A stretch of DNA of 59,665 bases, the filler included, from Sphacelaria rigidula (Eukaryota): the NCBI GenBank assembly GCA_964200075.2. It is 7 parts of 7 records of this genome, joined end to end, with 100 filler letters (N's around TTAATTAATTAA, not from the genome) between each part and the next. Parts side by side here need not be neighbours in the genome. Positions count along the whole stretch, not along the records: positions 1 to 8,439 come from CAXNAA020011127.1; positions 8,540 to 16,978 come from CAXNAA020011128.1; 5 more parts are not named here. One strand, given 5' to 3'. Shown here piece after piece: positions 1 to 12,194 of this stretch. The position numbers were made by a program, and so were the translations under genes. The notes beneath the pieces are model-generated. The model had not been told where the DNA came from. It saw nothing but the letters and a program-made list of their open reading frames with translations, and ran no database searches. How positions within the stretch are numbered: position 1 is the stretch's first letter; every line of letters begins with the position of its first letter.

Positions 1-494
1 CCCCCCCCCCCCCCCCCCGCGACTTGGAAGGGGGGCGTGGTTTTGCTTTAAATATCTAAGGCAACAAACAAAAAAAAACCCCCCCCCCCCCCCCCCCCCC
101 CCTTTCCGTTTTATCATCTCGCAGTAGTGTTACGTTTTGCTCCTCTGAGACTCGTGAGCGACAGTTCCTGCCCAAGTCTGCGGCCCTTGGGAATCTTAGT
201 CGCAACCTCTCTCCACGACCCTGCTTCATTTTATGTTTTTCTTGTTTGGCCTTCTCGCCCGAAGCCCTGGGACAGAGGCCTGACATTTTTCTTCTTCTCA
301 GGGCCTGTACTGTACTAGATATTGGCCTGGTCCTTCTTTTGCCCGGTTTGCATTTTACTCTGTAATATTTTCCTTGTTCACCTTTTCTCCTTTCCCGACT
401 TCCCTTTAACATTTTTTTCAATTTCTCGATCATGCACCATGGGTATAACCATCTTGTGACGGTGGCAGGATTCGCAGCGGATCAGTTAATGTGC

Positions 495-1110
495 TACATT
501 CAAATCGGAGTAGCTCATCCAATTTTCCATTTTTCGACACTTCGCCGGAGTATCAACTGCAAGTGTTCGACATACGTTGTCCAACGGCGTGAAACCCTGG
601 GGCGCGTCGTGATTATCCTGTTATAGGAACACTGCGCAGACACGAGTGAACTCCGAAACGGCGTGCACGGGGGGTCACGGAGCGTTTTCGAACTCCGAAC
701 TTCCGCATTTCCGTTGCAGTCAGGAATGTCTCCCAAGTATTGCACACCCTGGACGATCAACTCACCGTAGCTCGAGCTAGCTCTTTTCGAGGGTAGCTGA
801 CCGGTGATGTATGTGCGCTACATGAACTATGCCCATGTTTTCCCGGCGCGAACTATAGTCGATAGCTGATTGCGCCTATTTGCCCAGAGTCAGCAGAACG
901 AGCTACATGAGCTGCACATGTCCCCCCCTTCCCCCCGAGCTCTAAGAGGGTGGCTCATCCGTACACATTCGCCCAGAGTGAGCTATAGGAGCTGCATGAG
1001 TTACACATGTTTTACTCTAGCTTGAGCTATAGGCAGTAGCACATCTGTGCATGTTCTAAAGGCGTGAGGCTATCCACGCCAGATTAGCTATTACAGTATA
1101 GCTCTTGAGC
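495..1110. repeat. Degenerate GAGCTA/TAGCTC-rich interspersed repeat
   Basis: GAGCTA, GAGCTG and TAGCTC words are dense at 770-1110. Similar words and a related ATGGAAAAT..GAGCTA segment occur at 21405-21645. Confidence 0.4.
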
Positions 1111-1813
1111 TGTCCGGCGTGTGAACCTGCGTTGCACCACCGCAGGTGAGACATTTTCAACATCGATTCTCTCCAACATTGAGTGCGCCAGCCATGTTGC
1201 CGCATGTGCGCCCATGAAAATAGTGGCAAAATTGTACCGCATCCTGCCAGTCCAGAGTCTCGTTCTCCGAGAAAGTAGAGGCTAAAAAGCTTACTGTCAG
1301 AGTGAGGGCCTGGGCGGAGCTTGAAATTTCGCGTGGTCCAGCTGTGCTGTGGGTGCAGGTGTGCTTGCGGTTGCTGATTGGGCTGTGCACAATACTAACG
1401 CCATTATATACGGGATTGAAGGTCACTGTATATCTTCGTGTGGATTGCTCACGAGCGGTAGCCAGTAATATTCACTACCACATCAATCGAGGCTGGTATA
1501 GAACGTCACCTACCTGCTTCGACTGACAGATTATAGCAAGGGTTCACGCTGTCGACGAGTGAACTTCGACATCATTAACCTGTCGAATTGCTTTACAGAA
1601 TGCACAGTACCGATGGATAGAAATAGAGCCCAACCATGATTTCTCGTTAGGATCTGGGGGAGCAGAGATCATGTAATAGTCGGTTGCTGAGTGAAAGTCA
1701 CCGACATATCAACATCTATACTGTGAAACGGGGGTAGGAGTGACCGGGGGGGTGGTATTAAAATAGGCTCCGTCGCACACAGGGTGGCATCACCACTGCC
1801 ACCGTTCACGAAC

Positions 1814-2533
1814 CTCATTTTGCCGCAAAGAAAGCACCTTCGCTCCATCTGGCCCGCAAATCCAAGACGATTGCACAGCCTCTGCCACACCGGCGTCCCC
1901 AAGCAAACACTCGCGTAGCCCCAGCTCATATAGTGGCGACGACATGTTCGTAGCTGCCATGGTAACAGAGAACTCGCCTTGTCGATCCCTTGCAGTGTCC
2001 TCGACTGCGTTACCTGTTGCCATTGATTCTTCCACCTCTGCTACTTCTGTTGGCGCTGTTTTTGGAGAAAAGAGCCTAGCATCAGCTTCAGCTCCGGCAT
2101 GGGGGGTATTCCGCTCGCTAAGGTAGTCCAGCAACGCCGGTACGCCGGCTGGGCCAATGTGACGGAAGGAGAAATCGATCGTTCCAGTTGCTGTTGTCGT
2201 CTTCCCTGATATCGCACCCCTAGGACATGCAGCGGACAGTACATCGGTAACATCACCGCTTCCATGAGATCGATGTTGGTCAGCGTTGACACTATCTGTG
2301 TAGGTATTGCTACCCTTGCGGGGTGACAGTAGTCTTCGTGATGTTGCTGTCGGGGTGTTGGCCGCGCTACCGGGAGAAGTGCTGCTGCTGGTAGGGCTAC
2401 ATGCACACGCTAGAGTTAGAAGAATGATGGTTGTCGCGACGGTTGGCGCATGGCACGGAGACAGTTTAATTGCACCACCGGATACAACGACACGTTGGTA
2501 TTGTCTTCGCGGTTTTCTCGGTCGCGACGGCAT
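1814..2533 (-). CDS. First coding exon (240 codons) of a probable leucine-rich-repeat (RNI-like) protein; downstream exons not identified
   Basis: The ORF runs from ATG 2533 to GAG|GTTCGT donor at 1814/1813 (phase 0). It has LRR-like segments IDFSFRHIGPAGVPALLDYL, ELGLRECLLGDAGVAEA and VLSLRQNE, plus a hydrophobic stretch TIILLTLACAC near the N-terminus. Confidence 0.7.
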
Positions 2534-2823
2534 CTCTCACATTGTCAATGCCCGAGCACCGAGCACACAAGAGGACAGCCGAAATGGATAATGACCAACA
2601 GGATGTTATATACAAAATTTGTGCCAGGATTTGACGGATTCTGGTCGGATTTTGGACATTCTCTGAAATGAAGAAATAAACAGACGAGAGGCAACACCAA
2701 CATCCTGCCCAAACCGAGGAAGCGCCCCCCTCCACCATCTCGCTCCCCCAACCCCACCACGCTAACAGGGGTTACTCACATCACACGTCCCCGTACTGCT
2801 CCTGTCACAACATTACCACAATC
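2534..2823. promoter_or_regulatory. Probable bidirectional promoter and 5' UTR region
   Basis: Only 290 bp separate two divergent start codons (2533 minus, 2824 plus). No specific motif was assigned. Confidence 0.5.
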
Positions 2824-5800
2824 ATGAGATCGGTGCGTGTGGCGTTGCCTTTGGCAATTATGTTGGGCCTGGCGGGGTCCACCTCGGCCTTCTTGCAAAA
2901 CGTGCGTCCCACGCACCTCGTGGTACCAGCGCACAAGTACCAGGCGGCCGTGACTCGCGCGCGATGCGGCGTGCGCAGCTCGTCGGCGTCACCCCGCGTG
3001 GCTCGAAGCATGCGGGTGATGTCGGCTACTGTGGATGTAGAGGCTGCGGACACCACGGCCATTGCCGGCGATGAGGTGGTGGCGCCTGCGGCTCCCGTAG
3101 AGTTGGAGGCCGCGGCTGACGCCGAGGGAGACTCTATGATCTTGGGGGCTGAGGTGAGATGAGAAGAGCAGGATGGTGTCGGTGGGGCAGGAGGCGCGCG
3201 CGTCAAGTATGTTTTGTGTATGTCTGAAGGGGAAGAGACAGCAGAGTGCAGTACGTGCAGTGTATGGGTGGCGTGGAAAGTGTGAAAAGTGTGGATAGTG
3301 TCTGAAGTGTCGGTGAGTGTATTCCTTGTTGTACCTGCCTAGTTTTCGGCCACGTGCCTGTTTTTGTGTGGCACCAGCCGAAAACATGTGTTTTTCCCCC
3401 CGGAAGAGGGTGTTGTTTTTGTGCCCCTGTTGACATGAAAAAAAGTCTTTTCCCCCATGATGGATGGTTAGGAAAAGAAGGGTTTAGTGCCACATTCTTC
3501 CGTTTTCACGCTTGTGGTGGTCCTTCAAAGAATACATCTTCGATGAAGGAATGATCATGATGCCTGACTGGCAACTTCCTGCGTTAATCATGCACACGTA
3601 CGACAACACGTTTGCCCGGAGGAGTGAAGTAAAAAATACTGAAGTCATCATGTGTGTAGTTTCCGTCGGTTGACCTGAATGGGCCATGCAACATGCGACA
3701 ACAACGTGGCTCATGCGCTGACACGTCGAATCATGAATATTCCTCGTTTCCCTCGAGAACCGAGGAAATGTCAGCACTGGAGAAGTGCAACACAGCAGGG
3801 GGTACCCAGATATACCCAGCTCATCAAGCACTGCCCCCATTGATGTTCAAAACCCGTACAGGTGGTGGGCACTGATGATGACATGTATCAGCAGAAAATC
3901 AAGCGCTTCGTCCTTCATGATGCCCGCATAACCGCACAAACCCCCAACACATACAAATATGTTATGGCTTCAACAGAGTCCCACACAAGCTTTCCGGAAA
4001 CATCAGTTCACCAATACCTCACGCAGAGATGCAGGCGTCTATCCCCCCATTCCCCCCCGACCATTGCCCCCCTGACCGACTACGCGATCAACCGCTCCCG
4101 CGCTTAGCGAGGTTGTGTACAAGCGCTTCCACACTTGAAAACAAGCCCTCTAGCCTGAAAAGTTTTACCTTTACATGCGCTATAAGGAGAACGCTGTGTT
4201 GTATGTGTGTCATTCAACCGCTTCCTGTTTTTACAAACTGCAAGTTCATGTGCCCAAATATCTGGTCTCGATATGAAACAACCCACACGAGTTCACTCGG
4301 AAGTAGCTTGCAGTCAGAGCGGATCTCGCGAGACCTGGTGTAGACAAGTATGATGCTGGCAGGTGCTTGATCTTTGGTTTTTATGTTGCTGCGCACACAG
4401 GGCGAGGGAGAGGAGCTTGATCCGGTGTTGAACCAAATTCCGCTGAAGGACATCGTTGAGGGGGAGGACTATGAGGGTGTCATCAACAACGTTGTGTCAT
4501 ACGGCGCCTTCGTGGACATTGGGAGCGAGGTGTGTGTGGGAGACGCGGTGCTGTTGCATCTTCCTTATGGGTGTCCACGGGTGTCAGGTGTTAGTGCCCC
4601 TTCAGTTTTGCCCACCGTCTCTGCACTTATGGGTACGTGAATATGGGTCCCGAGTGGGCAGTCGTGGCATCCAATGTACGTCTCATCACCACTCTTTGCC
4701 ATAGCCACTTGTCTTGACTGTAACCTTGACTGCATGCCACGTTGCTGAACGGCCCGCGATTTCACACATGATGTACTATCTGTTTCGTCTGGAGTTCGTC
4801 CCACTTTATTTGTATCATTCTTTTTTACAGACACTTCAGACGGTTGCGAAACGAGTGCAATATCAACTTGACGGTAGCGTAACAATTGAGTACGCGCATG
4901 TTGGCGTTTGATCGCCCATACAAGAGTACCGTGCCCTTGCCATGGAGCGCCCAAGTGATGAGTAAGAGGTTCATTAGCGACCGTGGTTGTATTTCGGGGG
5001 GAGGAGGAGTTCCTCGATCCGTGAAGGTCAGTCCCGACGATGTTGAAGGCGCACTCTTCACCTACCCGGGACAGTTTTTCTTCCGCCGACTGATGAAATG
5101 ATGAGGCTGACAAAAAAAGACTAGCGGGAGGCGTACGCTGTCTCGCGGTTGAGAAGTAGATGACCAAGCTGAAATTTTACTCCTTGATCCTCCCCCGTCT
5201 ATTTGTGACGAGGTAGACCTGGGGCTTGTCTGAGGTGCACACGCTGCAGCACACAAAATGGCAACCCCTACAAGTTTACCCCGACAAACTCGCGGTAAAG
5301 CTTCACGACAGTGTCGGGTCCGTACAACACGACAGAGCAAGTGTAATGGAGCCACGCCCCGCCCTCTGTTCACTCACTTCTCCACAGCCGCCTAAGGGTC
5401 GTTGGATTCCCTTGATGCCTTGTGGTGTAGGCGCCGGGATGGGTGCGGATTTCATGCGGCGGAATGAGCCGCCGTGGTTCATACCTAGGTATTGCCGACT
5501 CAAGATCCCCTTCCGTGATTCTGATTCTCTTGTAAGGTCTGGAAGCTTCCCATGCCGTCCGCATGCTCGCGGAGCACAGTATCGCGTGCTGATCTGTGAC
5601 GGAGAACGTTTTTTTCATTGACATTTAGAGTTGTGGTGTTGCTACATGTTTCATGAAGCCATTTTACGGCAATATCCGTCAGGTGGAAAAAGTGAGTATT
5701 GTGTCAAGGGCGGGATGTTTTCTGTGTTCCGTGTTGCAGCCGTCGGATGTGTGTTGATTGCATCAGGTAGTCGAGGCAGGCGCCAGTCAAACGTGCATCT

Positions 5801-8291
5801 GGGGTGCCGAACGGTGTCCCGCTTCTAATTCGTGTTGACCCAGAGATGTTTTTGTTCACCGCGACATGTGTTCTGTTGTTCCATTTTTTCTGTCCTGTGC
5901 ATGAATTCGTAGATCAACGGTCTGGTGCACATCTCGCAGCTCGCGGATGAGTTCGTCGCTAACTGCGAGGATCATGTCAAGGAGGGAGACACGGTGAGGC
6001 GTTCACTTTGAAAAAACGGCCGATAAATGTACTCGCAACTTCTATTCGTTCACTGTACTTGACCACCACATCCGCCAAACTCTTCGACTACCCATGCGAT
6101 CTCTGAAAACATGTCCACTGCAGATGAAATGTTGTACATGACGAGGAATCAGCGATGACATCTGACAGCTCGAAATGCTGTACTCGGTAGTCATGGCTCA
6201 CTAGCAGCACTGGTCACGCTGTCGTTTTTTCACCCTAAGCCAAACATGTGGGCGTGCTCTACGAGGACAAGCGCAAGTGAAGCACATGACCTTGAACATC
6301 TGCCATGTGAAAATACGCGTGGATTGGCCGATAAAGATTATCCATACGGTCAAGCATCACCGGCCCCTGGAAGAACTTCCTTGTGCTTCAGTCATGCCGA
6401 CTTCTACACGTACCTTGTCATGAGCCGCATCTCTTGTGGTGTAATCATATCCGACCATCCGCTAACGACACGTGATTTCTGGGGGTTTCAACATCATTTT
6501 ACACCTTCCGAATATGACTTCTCGATTCACACTGAATTCCATCCATGGTCGTTTTTGTCTTCGACCGGAGTGGTGACATAGATTGACAGATATACGGAGT
6601 TTAGCGCGGTGCCTGGCATGATGCCCTCATCCAAGGGCCGATCATCTATGACAGCAGGTTTCCGTAACCGTTGATGGTGGAGAGCTGAGGATATACCCCT
6701 CGGTCCGCCAGACCTACTCAGTGGCGGACGTTCCGCATCAATTTTACTTGGGAAGTGGCCTGGACTGGGATGGTGGTTGGCGTTCCCTCGAAGGGTTCCA
6801 CGACTTCCTTGAGAAGCATTTGGGCCGCGGGAACTCGACGAATTTTTGAAGAAACGAAGAGCACAGATGAACTCATGAAAGCTACAAGAGTACTTGATGG
6901 ACAAGAAAATGCGAAGTTGATAAGATTGAAACCGAATAAACAGTTCTTCGAACTTTTTCCATGCTGCTGTTGCTGCTCTGTGTGTCGATGCATACCTTCG
7001 TAACGAATAAAACGTCAGGTCCGAGTAAAGGTGATGAGCGTAGACCACGAGGCGCGCAAGCTCGTGTTGTCCATGCGGACAAAGCCCCGCATGCCTGTGT
7101 CGGAGCAGGGAAACGTCGAGAAGTACGCGAAGATCTTGTCTGAGGTGATATTAGCAACAAACGATGAATCTAACGAGTGTACTTGAGATGCTGAACTTGC
7201 GAGGGAGTCACCATGGGGGATTTGAACCACAAGTCGTTGATGACGTTTTTTTGTCGGTTTCGTATCATGGGGTAAACTCATCTCCCAAGTAGCAGCTCGT
7301 CCCAGGCGGATGAGTTTGTCCGTAACTCTTCATCTCCACTAAAATTTGAAGGTTGTGTCGTGCTTCCCAACTCGGGTGTGCCTGGGATGTTGGGGACGGT
7401 GATGTGTGACGCGCATGTTGATCAAGATGTATCATGAGGGTCTCGTATTGAACATCATTCTTTCCCGCGAGGAAAATCGGTGGAACGCCCACGCGACGTC
7501 GACATTTTTTTACTGCCAGCACTTGACATGATGGGCTTGAGTCGGTAGTGATAAGGGCGAATTAACAGGCGTGAGTTCCAAGAGATTTATTGGGTTCCTT
7601 TGCGCCAACTCGGGTGTCGTTTGAAGTCCCCTCCCCCCCACCTGTCGAGCATCCATTGAATGTGACGACCGAGGACGTATCCTGTCGGTTGTTTCCCGAG
7701 TTTTCCATATGAGTTTGACGTCACGCCTCATGTTCCGGCATCCCGAATAAATGTCTCTCGTGCACTCTATAGGAGCCTGGAAAGTTCGTCGAGGCCACCG
7801 TCGAAAACATCGTGCCTTACGGCGCGTTCTTCGCACTCGAGGACGGCTGCTCAGGATTCGTGCACATCTCGCAGGTGAAATATACGATATAAACCTTCTC
7901 GAGTACCTTGCAGTTGCAGTTTTTCATCACCCATTCCCTTTGTAGTCTGCGCCCCCGTGGGGTACCCGTCACCCCGATTTTCGGTACTCCCCCAGCACAA
8001 TTTTACTCTGTGTCGGCTTTACAGCGGTGAACGTTGCTTGGAGCGCTACAGACCTGTCGCACCCTTCCTCGTCTTGTCACCCTAACCCATCCCGTCCCAC
8101 CCAACTTCATGCGTCCTTCTCCCCTTCTAGTCAATTGATATAAAACGTCGGTTTGTTCCTTCTGCGTGTTCTTGTTACACCCTTGGATCCATTCTAAACG
8201 TGAACATCAGATGTCACCCCCTGGCGAGCATGTGGAGGACGTGAACGACGTCCTATCAGTCGGAGACACCGTCGACGTCCGCATCCGGGAG
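2824..8291 (+). CDS. Plastid-targeted S1 RNA-binding domain protein (ribosomal protein S1/PSRP-7-like), 3'-incomplete; exons 2824-3153, 4401-4529, 5913-5993, 7019-7144, 7773-7874, 8211-8291
   Basis: Six exons with GT-AG boundaries splice in frame to 283 aa. A signal peptide ending TSA-F is followed by an Arg/Ser-rich transit peptide and an acidic linker. S1 domain 1: [38 protein letters not shown]...GDTVRVKVMSVDHEARKLVLSMR. S1 domain 2: GKFVEATVENIVPYGAFFALEDGCSGFVHISQM...SVGDTVDVRIRE. The contig ends in the next intron. Confidence 0.92.
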
Positions 8292-8439
8292 GTGAGTCAT
8301 GATCATGGCTTGTCTCATGTTGATCTTGTGGGGCCCGTCGTTGTGATGCGCCAAGCACGCTACTGGACTTGTTTGATGGTACATTCTTTCCAACACCTCT
8401 GTATCTGATAATATCTCCATTCTGATGTCTTGAACCCCC

Positions 8440-8539
8440 NNNNNNNNNNNNNNNNNNNNNNNNNNNNNNNNNNNNNNNNNNNNTTAATTAATTAANNNNN
8501 NNNNNNNNNNNNNNNNNNNNNNNNNNNNNNNNNNNNNNN
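8440..8539. other. Artificial contig spacer (N44-TTAATTAATTAA-N44)
   Basis: Identical 100-nt spacers with stops in all six frames also occur at 16979-17078, 25517-25616, 34055-34154, 42592-42691 and 51129-51228. Confidence 0.98.
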
Positions 8540-8607
8540 GGACGCCAGACACGTCATTCCTGACCAGCCTCTTGGTCGTTTTGGAGGCCCGGTCCCAAAA
8601 GGGTTAA
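8540..8607 (+). mobile_element. Right terminus of a non-autonomous piggyBac-like element
   Basis: Ends CGGTCCCAAAAGGG-TTAA, the reverse complement of TTAA-CCCTTTTGGGACCG at 31663. The sequence also matches 32574-32632. Confidence 0.7.
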
Positions 8608-10631
8608 CGTGCCGACTCTTTATCACGACATGAACTTTTCTGGAAACCGTTCGTGCTAAGGTCACATGCTAAAATCTCTCGCGCACGTACGTACTGTACT
8701 CTGTTGAGACACCGAGGGAATGGCGTGTACATCTCAAGATCATGAGAAATCGTGTTTTCGTGAGATCGAGAGTGGAGGATACCATTGAGAGTAAAAAACG
8801 GTCGATTAGATAATGAATCGTTTCAGTTCCGAAATGCCCCTCCCCGAGACTCAATGTGCTTTCCGTAGTAGCTCGCCACTGAGGTCCTTGATATCCCTGA
8901 GTAGGATATCTACGTGTAGCTGTAAGCACACGCCAGTGATAGAGGCAAAGAAAAGCACACACGGAATGAAAAATTGGTTATTTCACGGCGAATTATCAAA
9001 GCTATCCTCTATCAGCGCTCTACTCTTGATCTCACGAAAACGTTGTTGAGAGCGGTCCGTTGCACTTTTTTTCTTCGGTCGGAAATACACCGACGCACCG
9101 ACTTGAGAGACGTGGTGGGAGTTGCAAAATCTCTCCATCCGCCTTACATATTCCGTCGGCGCCCAAATCGCGCTTGACTTGCTTGACATCAGTACAGTCC
9201 GTATCCAATACGCTGACTGCACGGACAATGCCGTATTCGACTGACCAAGCATGATGAACAAGGCCTATCAGTACCAAATGATAAAAATATAAGGGAGTAC
9301 GCAGGCGCTGAGAAAAACTGCCGGAAGTGCAAGAGATATCAGAAAATATCCAACGCCAGCCAAGCACACAGCTCACCGAACCCGGATTCGCCAGCATAAG
9401 TCATGTGCGGCAGAACCACTATGACTGCCATGTTGCTTCTGAACAATGCCACGATAGTGGTGCACTTTTTTTCTCGTGCTCTTTGCTGTAGGAGCCTGTC
9501 GATGACAAATATGTTGGCCATAGCGTGCAGCCTCAGACAACTTTTGGACTGAAAAGTGCACCCCTACCGTGGCATTACTCTTCTACTAAGAGTGAGTACC
9601 CGTGCGCACATTGCAATGTCATAATATGCCCCACAAAGTTGGCGATGTACGTTAACCCCCTCACCACCAACTGGTGTGATTTTATTTACTCTGCACAACA
9701 AGGATCCATAGCTACCAGAACCTCGATTCCTCTTTGTCATATACCCTTCCTTTCCGTGGATTGATAGATAGAGTGAGGTTGAGAAGAAAGTACCACCAAC
9801 AATTTCGCGTTAGATTGTTGGGTTTATCAGCACAATTTTTCGGGGATTATCCGACAACCACCAACGGACGAGACGTACTCATGTTTGGAGCAGCGGTCCA
9901 CGTTAGGTAGCACAGCGGGAGTCCTATGCCATCACGTTTCGGAGATGAAAAATGACACCTGTCTTGTAAAGGATTTCACATGTACTGCCCGTCCTCTAGA
10001 GGAGATCCCTGTCGCCATATGTGCACGACAGCCGGTGGAAATCAGAGGAAGTTCTTCGAGAACGTAGCTGTAGGGTTGAGCTACAGTTGTGTATCAGCAT
10101 CCTTGAGATAACGTGTTTCTTTGAGATTTCAACTCCGCCGAATTGCGGCACCTTGAGATTTTTGAAATACGTGAGAGTAGATAAGGCTATTTCCCCGATA
10201 CGAGCGTTACACTCCGAAGAGCTCGTCGGGCCTAATGGCCATGCTCCATTCGGGATTCCTCATGCCTTGTCATGCTCCAACCACTGAGGGAAGTGCTGAG
10301 AGAGAGAGCGCTAACGAGCATACGTGAATGCGAAGGCCGCACACAACACCACCACCCTGACGGTAGCGATGTGGACATGTAAAATGAGGCCGGAACTTAA
10401 CTACGCATGGTGCCGCATGCAGCAGAGGCGATGCTGCAGCCAGTAGAGCTATAGACAGCAACTCTGTTGACATCGATCTCAACAGCACAAGATACGCAGA
10501 AAGTAAAACTGCAGAAGCATCGAGCATGGACACAAGTGGGCCATGCATAAGGCAGCCTAAACCTCAAGATTCTCTGGAGAAACAGTCTGCCAACTGTCCA
10601 AGATCGCTGCGTGCATGTAATGCAAATATGC

Positions 10632-11379
10632 AAGGTTGTGTGTTTGTAGGGTACGAGTTTTTGCATACCTGGGGTATTTACCCGGGTATTACCTGTACCC
10701 GAAAGTCATGACTTCTGTAAGCCACTCGCACTGGTACCCGATAGTTCTGTGAGATCTGTACGAAACTTTTACGTTTACCCGAATAATGGGTATACCCTCG
10801 TGGAAAAACTTCGTTGCAGCTACCGGTTGGTGTACGATCTCCATACCCTACCCGACAGGTTCTGCTCTGAGAGAAATTTCGAAATTTCATACCCTACCGG
10901 AAATACTCGTACCCTACAAAACATCGCGTTGGATTTTTTGTTTCTTTTCAACCATCCCCAGGGGAATCAATCCTAGGGGGATAATAATTCCGAACCCAAA
11001 CCCAAACCCAACTATGCCCAAGGACCATGATGTGTCGAAACATGGTTTTCGGAATAAATCCAGTTTATCTTGTTCTTTATGGAGCGCCCTGTATTACCCG
11101 TACCCGACAGCTCTGTACGACCTGTCCGGAATGTGCACCCTTACCCGGGGCACGAGTATACCTTTTTTAAATATACCCAGTCTCGGGTCAGGGTTTCTGT
11201 ATAACCTCTATACCGTACCCCACCGACAGATCCTGTGAGTTGTGACATTTTCATGCCAGTACCCGACATGTTCTGTAAGTTCTGTGAAGACTTCCACACC
11301 GGTACACGACAGTTCTTCATGTTCTGCAATAAATCTCATACCCTACCGAACATACCCGTACCCTACAGAACACAATCCC
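10632..11379. mobile_element. MITE-like element with imperfect terminal inverted repeats and many TACCC(G) subterminal motifs
   Basis: Left end is GGTTGTGTGTTTGTAGGGTACG and the right-end reverse complement is GGATTGTGTTCTGTAGGGTACG. TACCCG/TACCCT words recur throughout and there is no credible ORF. Confidence 0.7.
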
Positions 11380-11820
11380 ACAAAATGTGGTGAGATATTT
11401 ATCACCAAATCATCTCAAGCTTTTGCGCTAGTTTCCGGGGCGTTTCCAGACCTCGATGACACGCGCGGAGCGTTGCGATGCTTTCTTCCCTCTTCTTCAA
11501 ATCCAAGTGATTTTCGATTTACCTCGACACATTTCTCCCGTTTTTGCTCCGACAGCGTGCTCGAAGTGCCATTGCTTACAGACTCATTCAATAAAATCAT
11601 CAAGAGATGTGAAGTCAAATGGTGTATTTTTTTTGCCTCCGGCGGTGCTGGCGCGACTCCGCCGTGTTGCGCTGCTGAGCAACGCCGGCGGATGTTTCCA
11701 GTTTCACCATCGATAACCGGCTAAAGTCAGGATACTGGTTGTTAGAAGCAGCTCACAATTACATATTTAATCCGTTGGGCAGAGGACCTACCTACTTTCG
11801 GGAACAAAACAGCAAAATGT

Positions 11821-12017
11821 TGACACCTTGGAATGACTTGCTTGCTTTACTCATTTAGACCGTTCCAGCACATCATTGCGTAAGTTGCTGTTTTTGATTG
11901 CTTGACCGCTGACATTGAAAATGCAAGCTTGGCAACAACAACAAAAATGCGGCCACCGGAAAACATACGTGTCGTGGAACGGTCTCCACGAGTAGAGCCA
12001 GTCATTCCAAGGCGTCA
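11821..12017. repeat. Short inverted-repeat-bounded element (~200 bp)
   Basis: TGACACCTTGGAATGACT at 11821 pairs with AGTCATTCCAAGGCGTCA ending at 12017 (17/18). Confidence 0.5.
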
Positions 12018-12194
12018 GCATAGAACGATGCGGAAGGACCAAAAAGGCATATTCAAACGAGTTTTTTTTACACATAAGAAGTGGCCTTTACAATAAACAA
12101 CTAAACAATTGTATGCCTTTATTTTTCTGTTTTCTCGATATTTATCGCGCTAAGACCGACTCTAATGGGGGCCCTTCCAAATTCCTGCCCATTA

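Noticed and set aside
8484..8495. TTAATTAATTAA inside N runs as a biological motif
   Set aside because: It is identical in all six gaps and gives stops in all frames, so it is a synthetic linker.
8540..10620. Continuation of the S1 gene after the first gap
   Set aside because: It is a different contig and no exon completing the second S1 domain was found.
10990..11012. CCCAAA repeats as interstitial telomere
   Set aside because: Only about three degenerate units inside a MITE.
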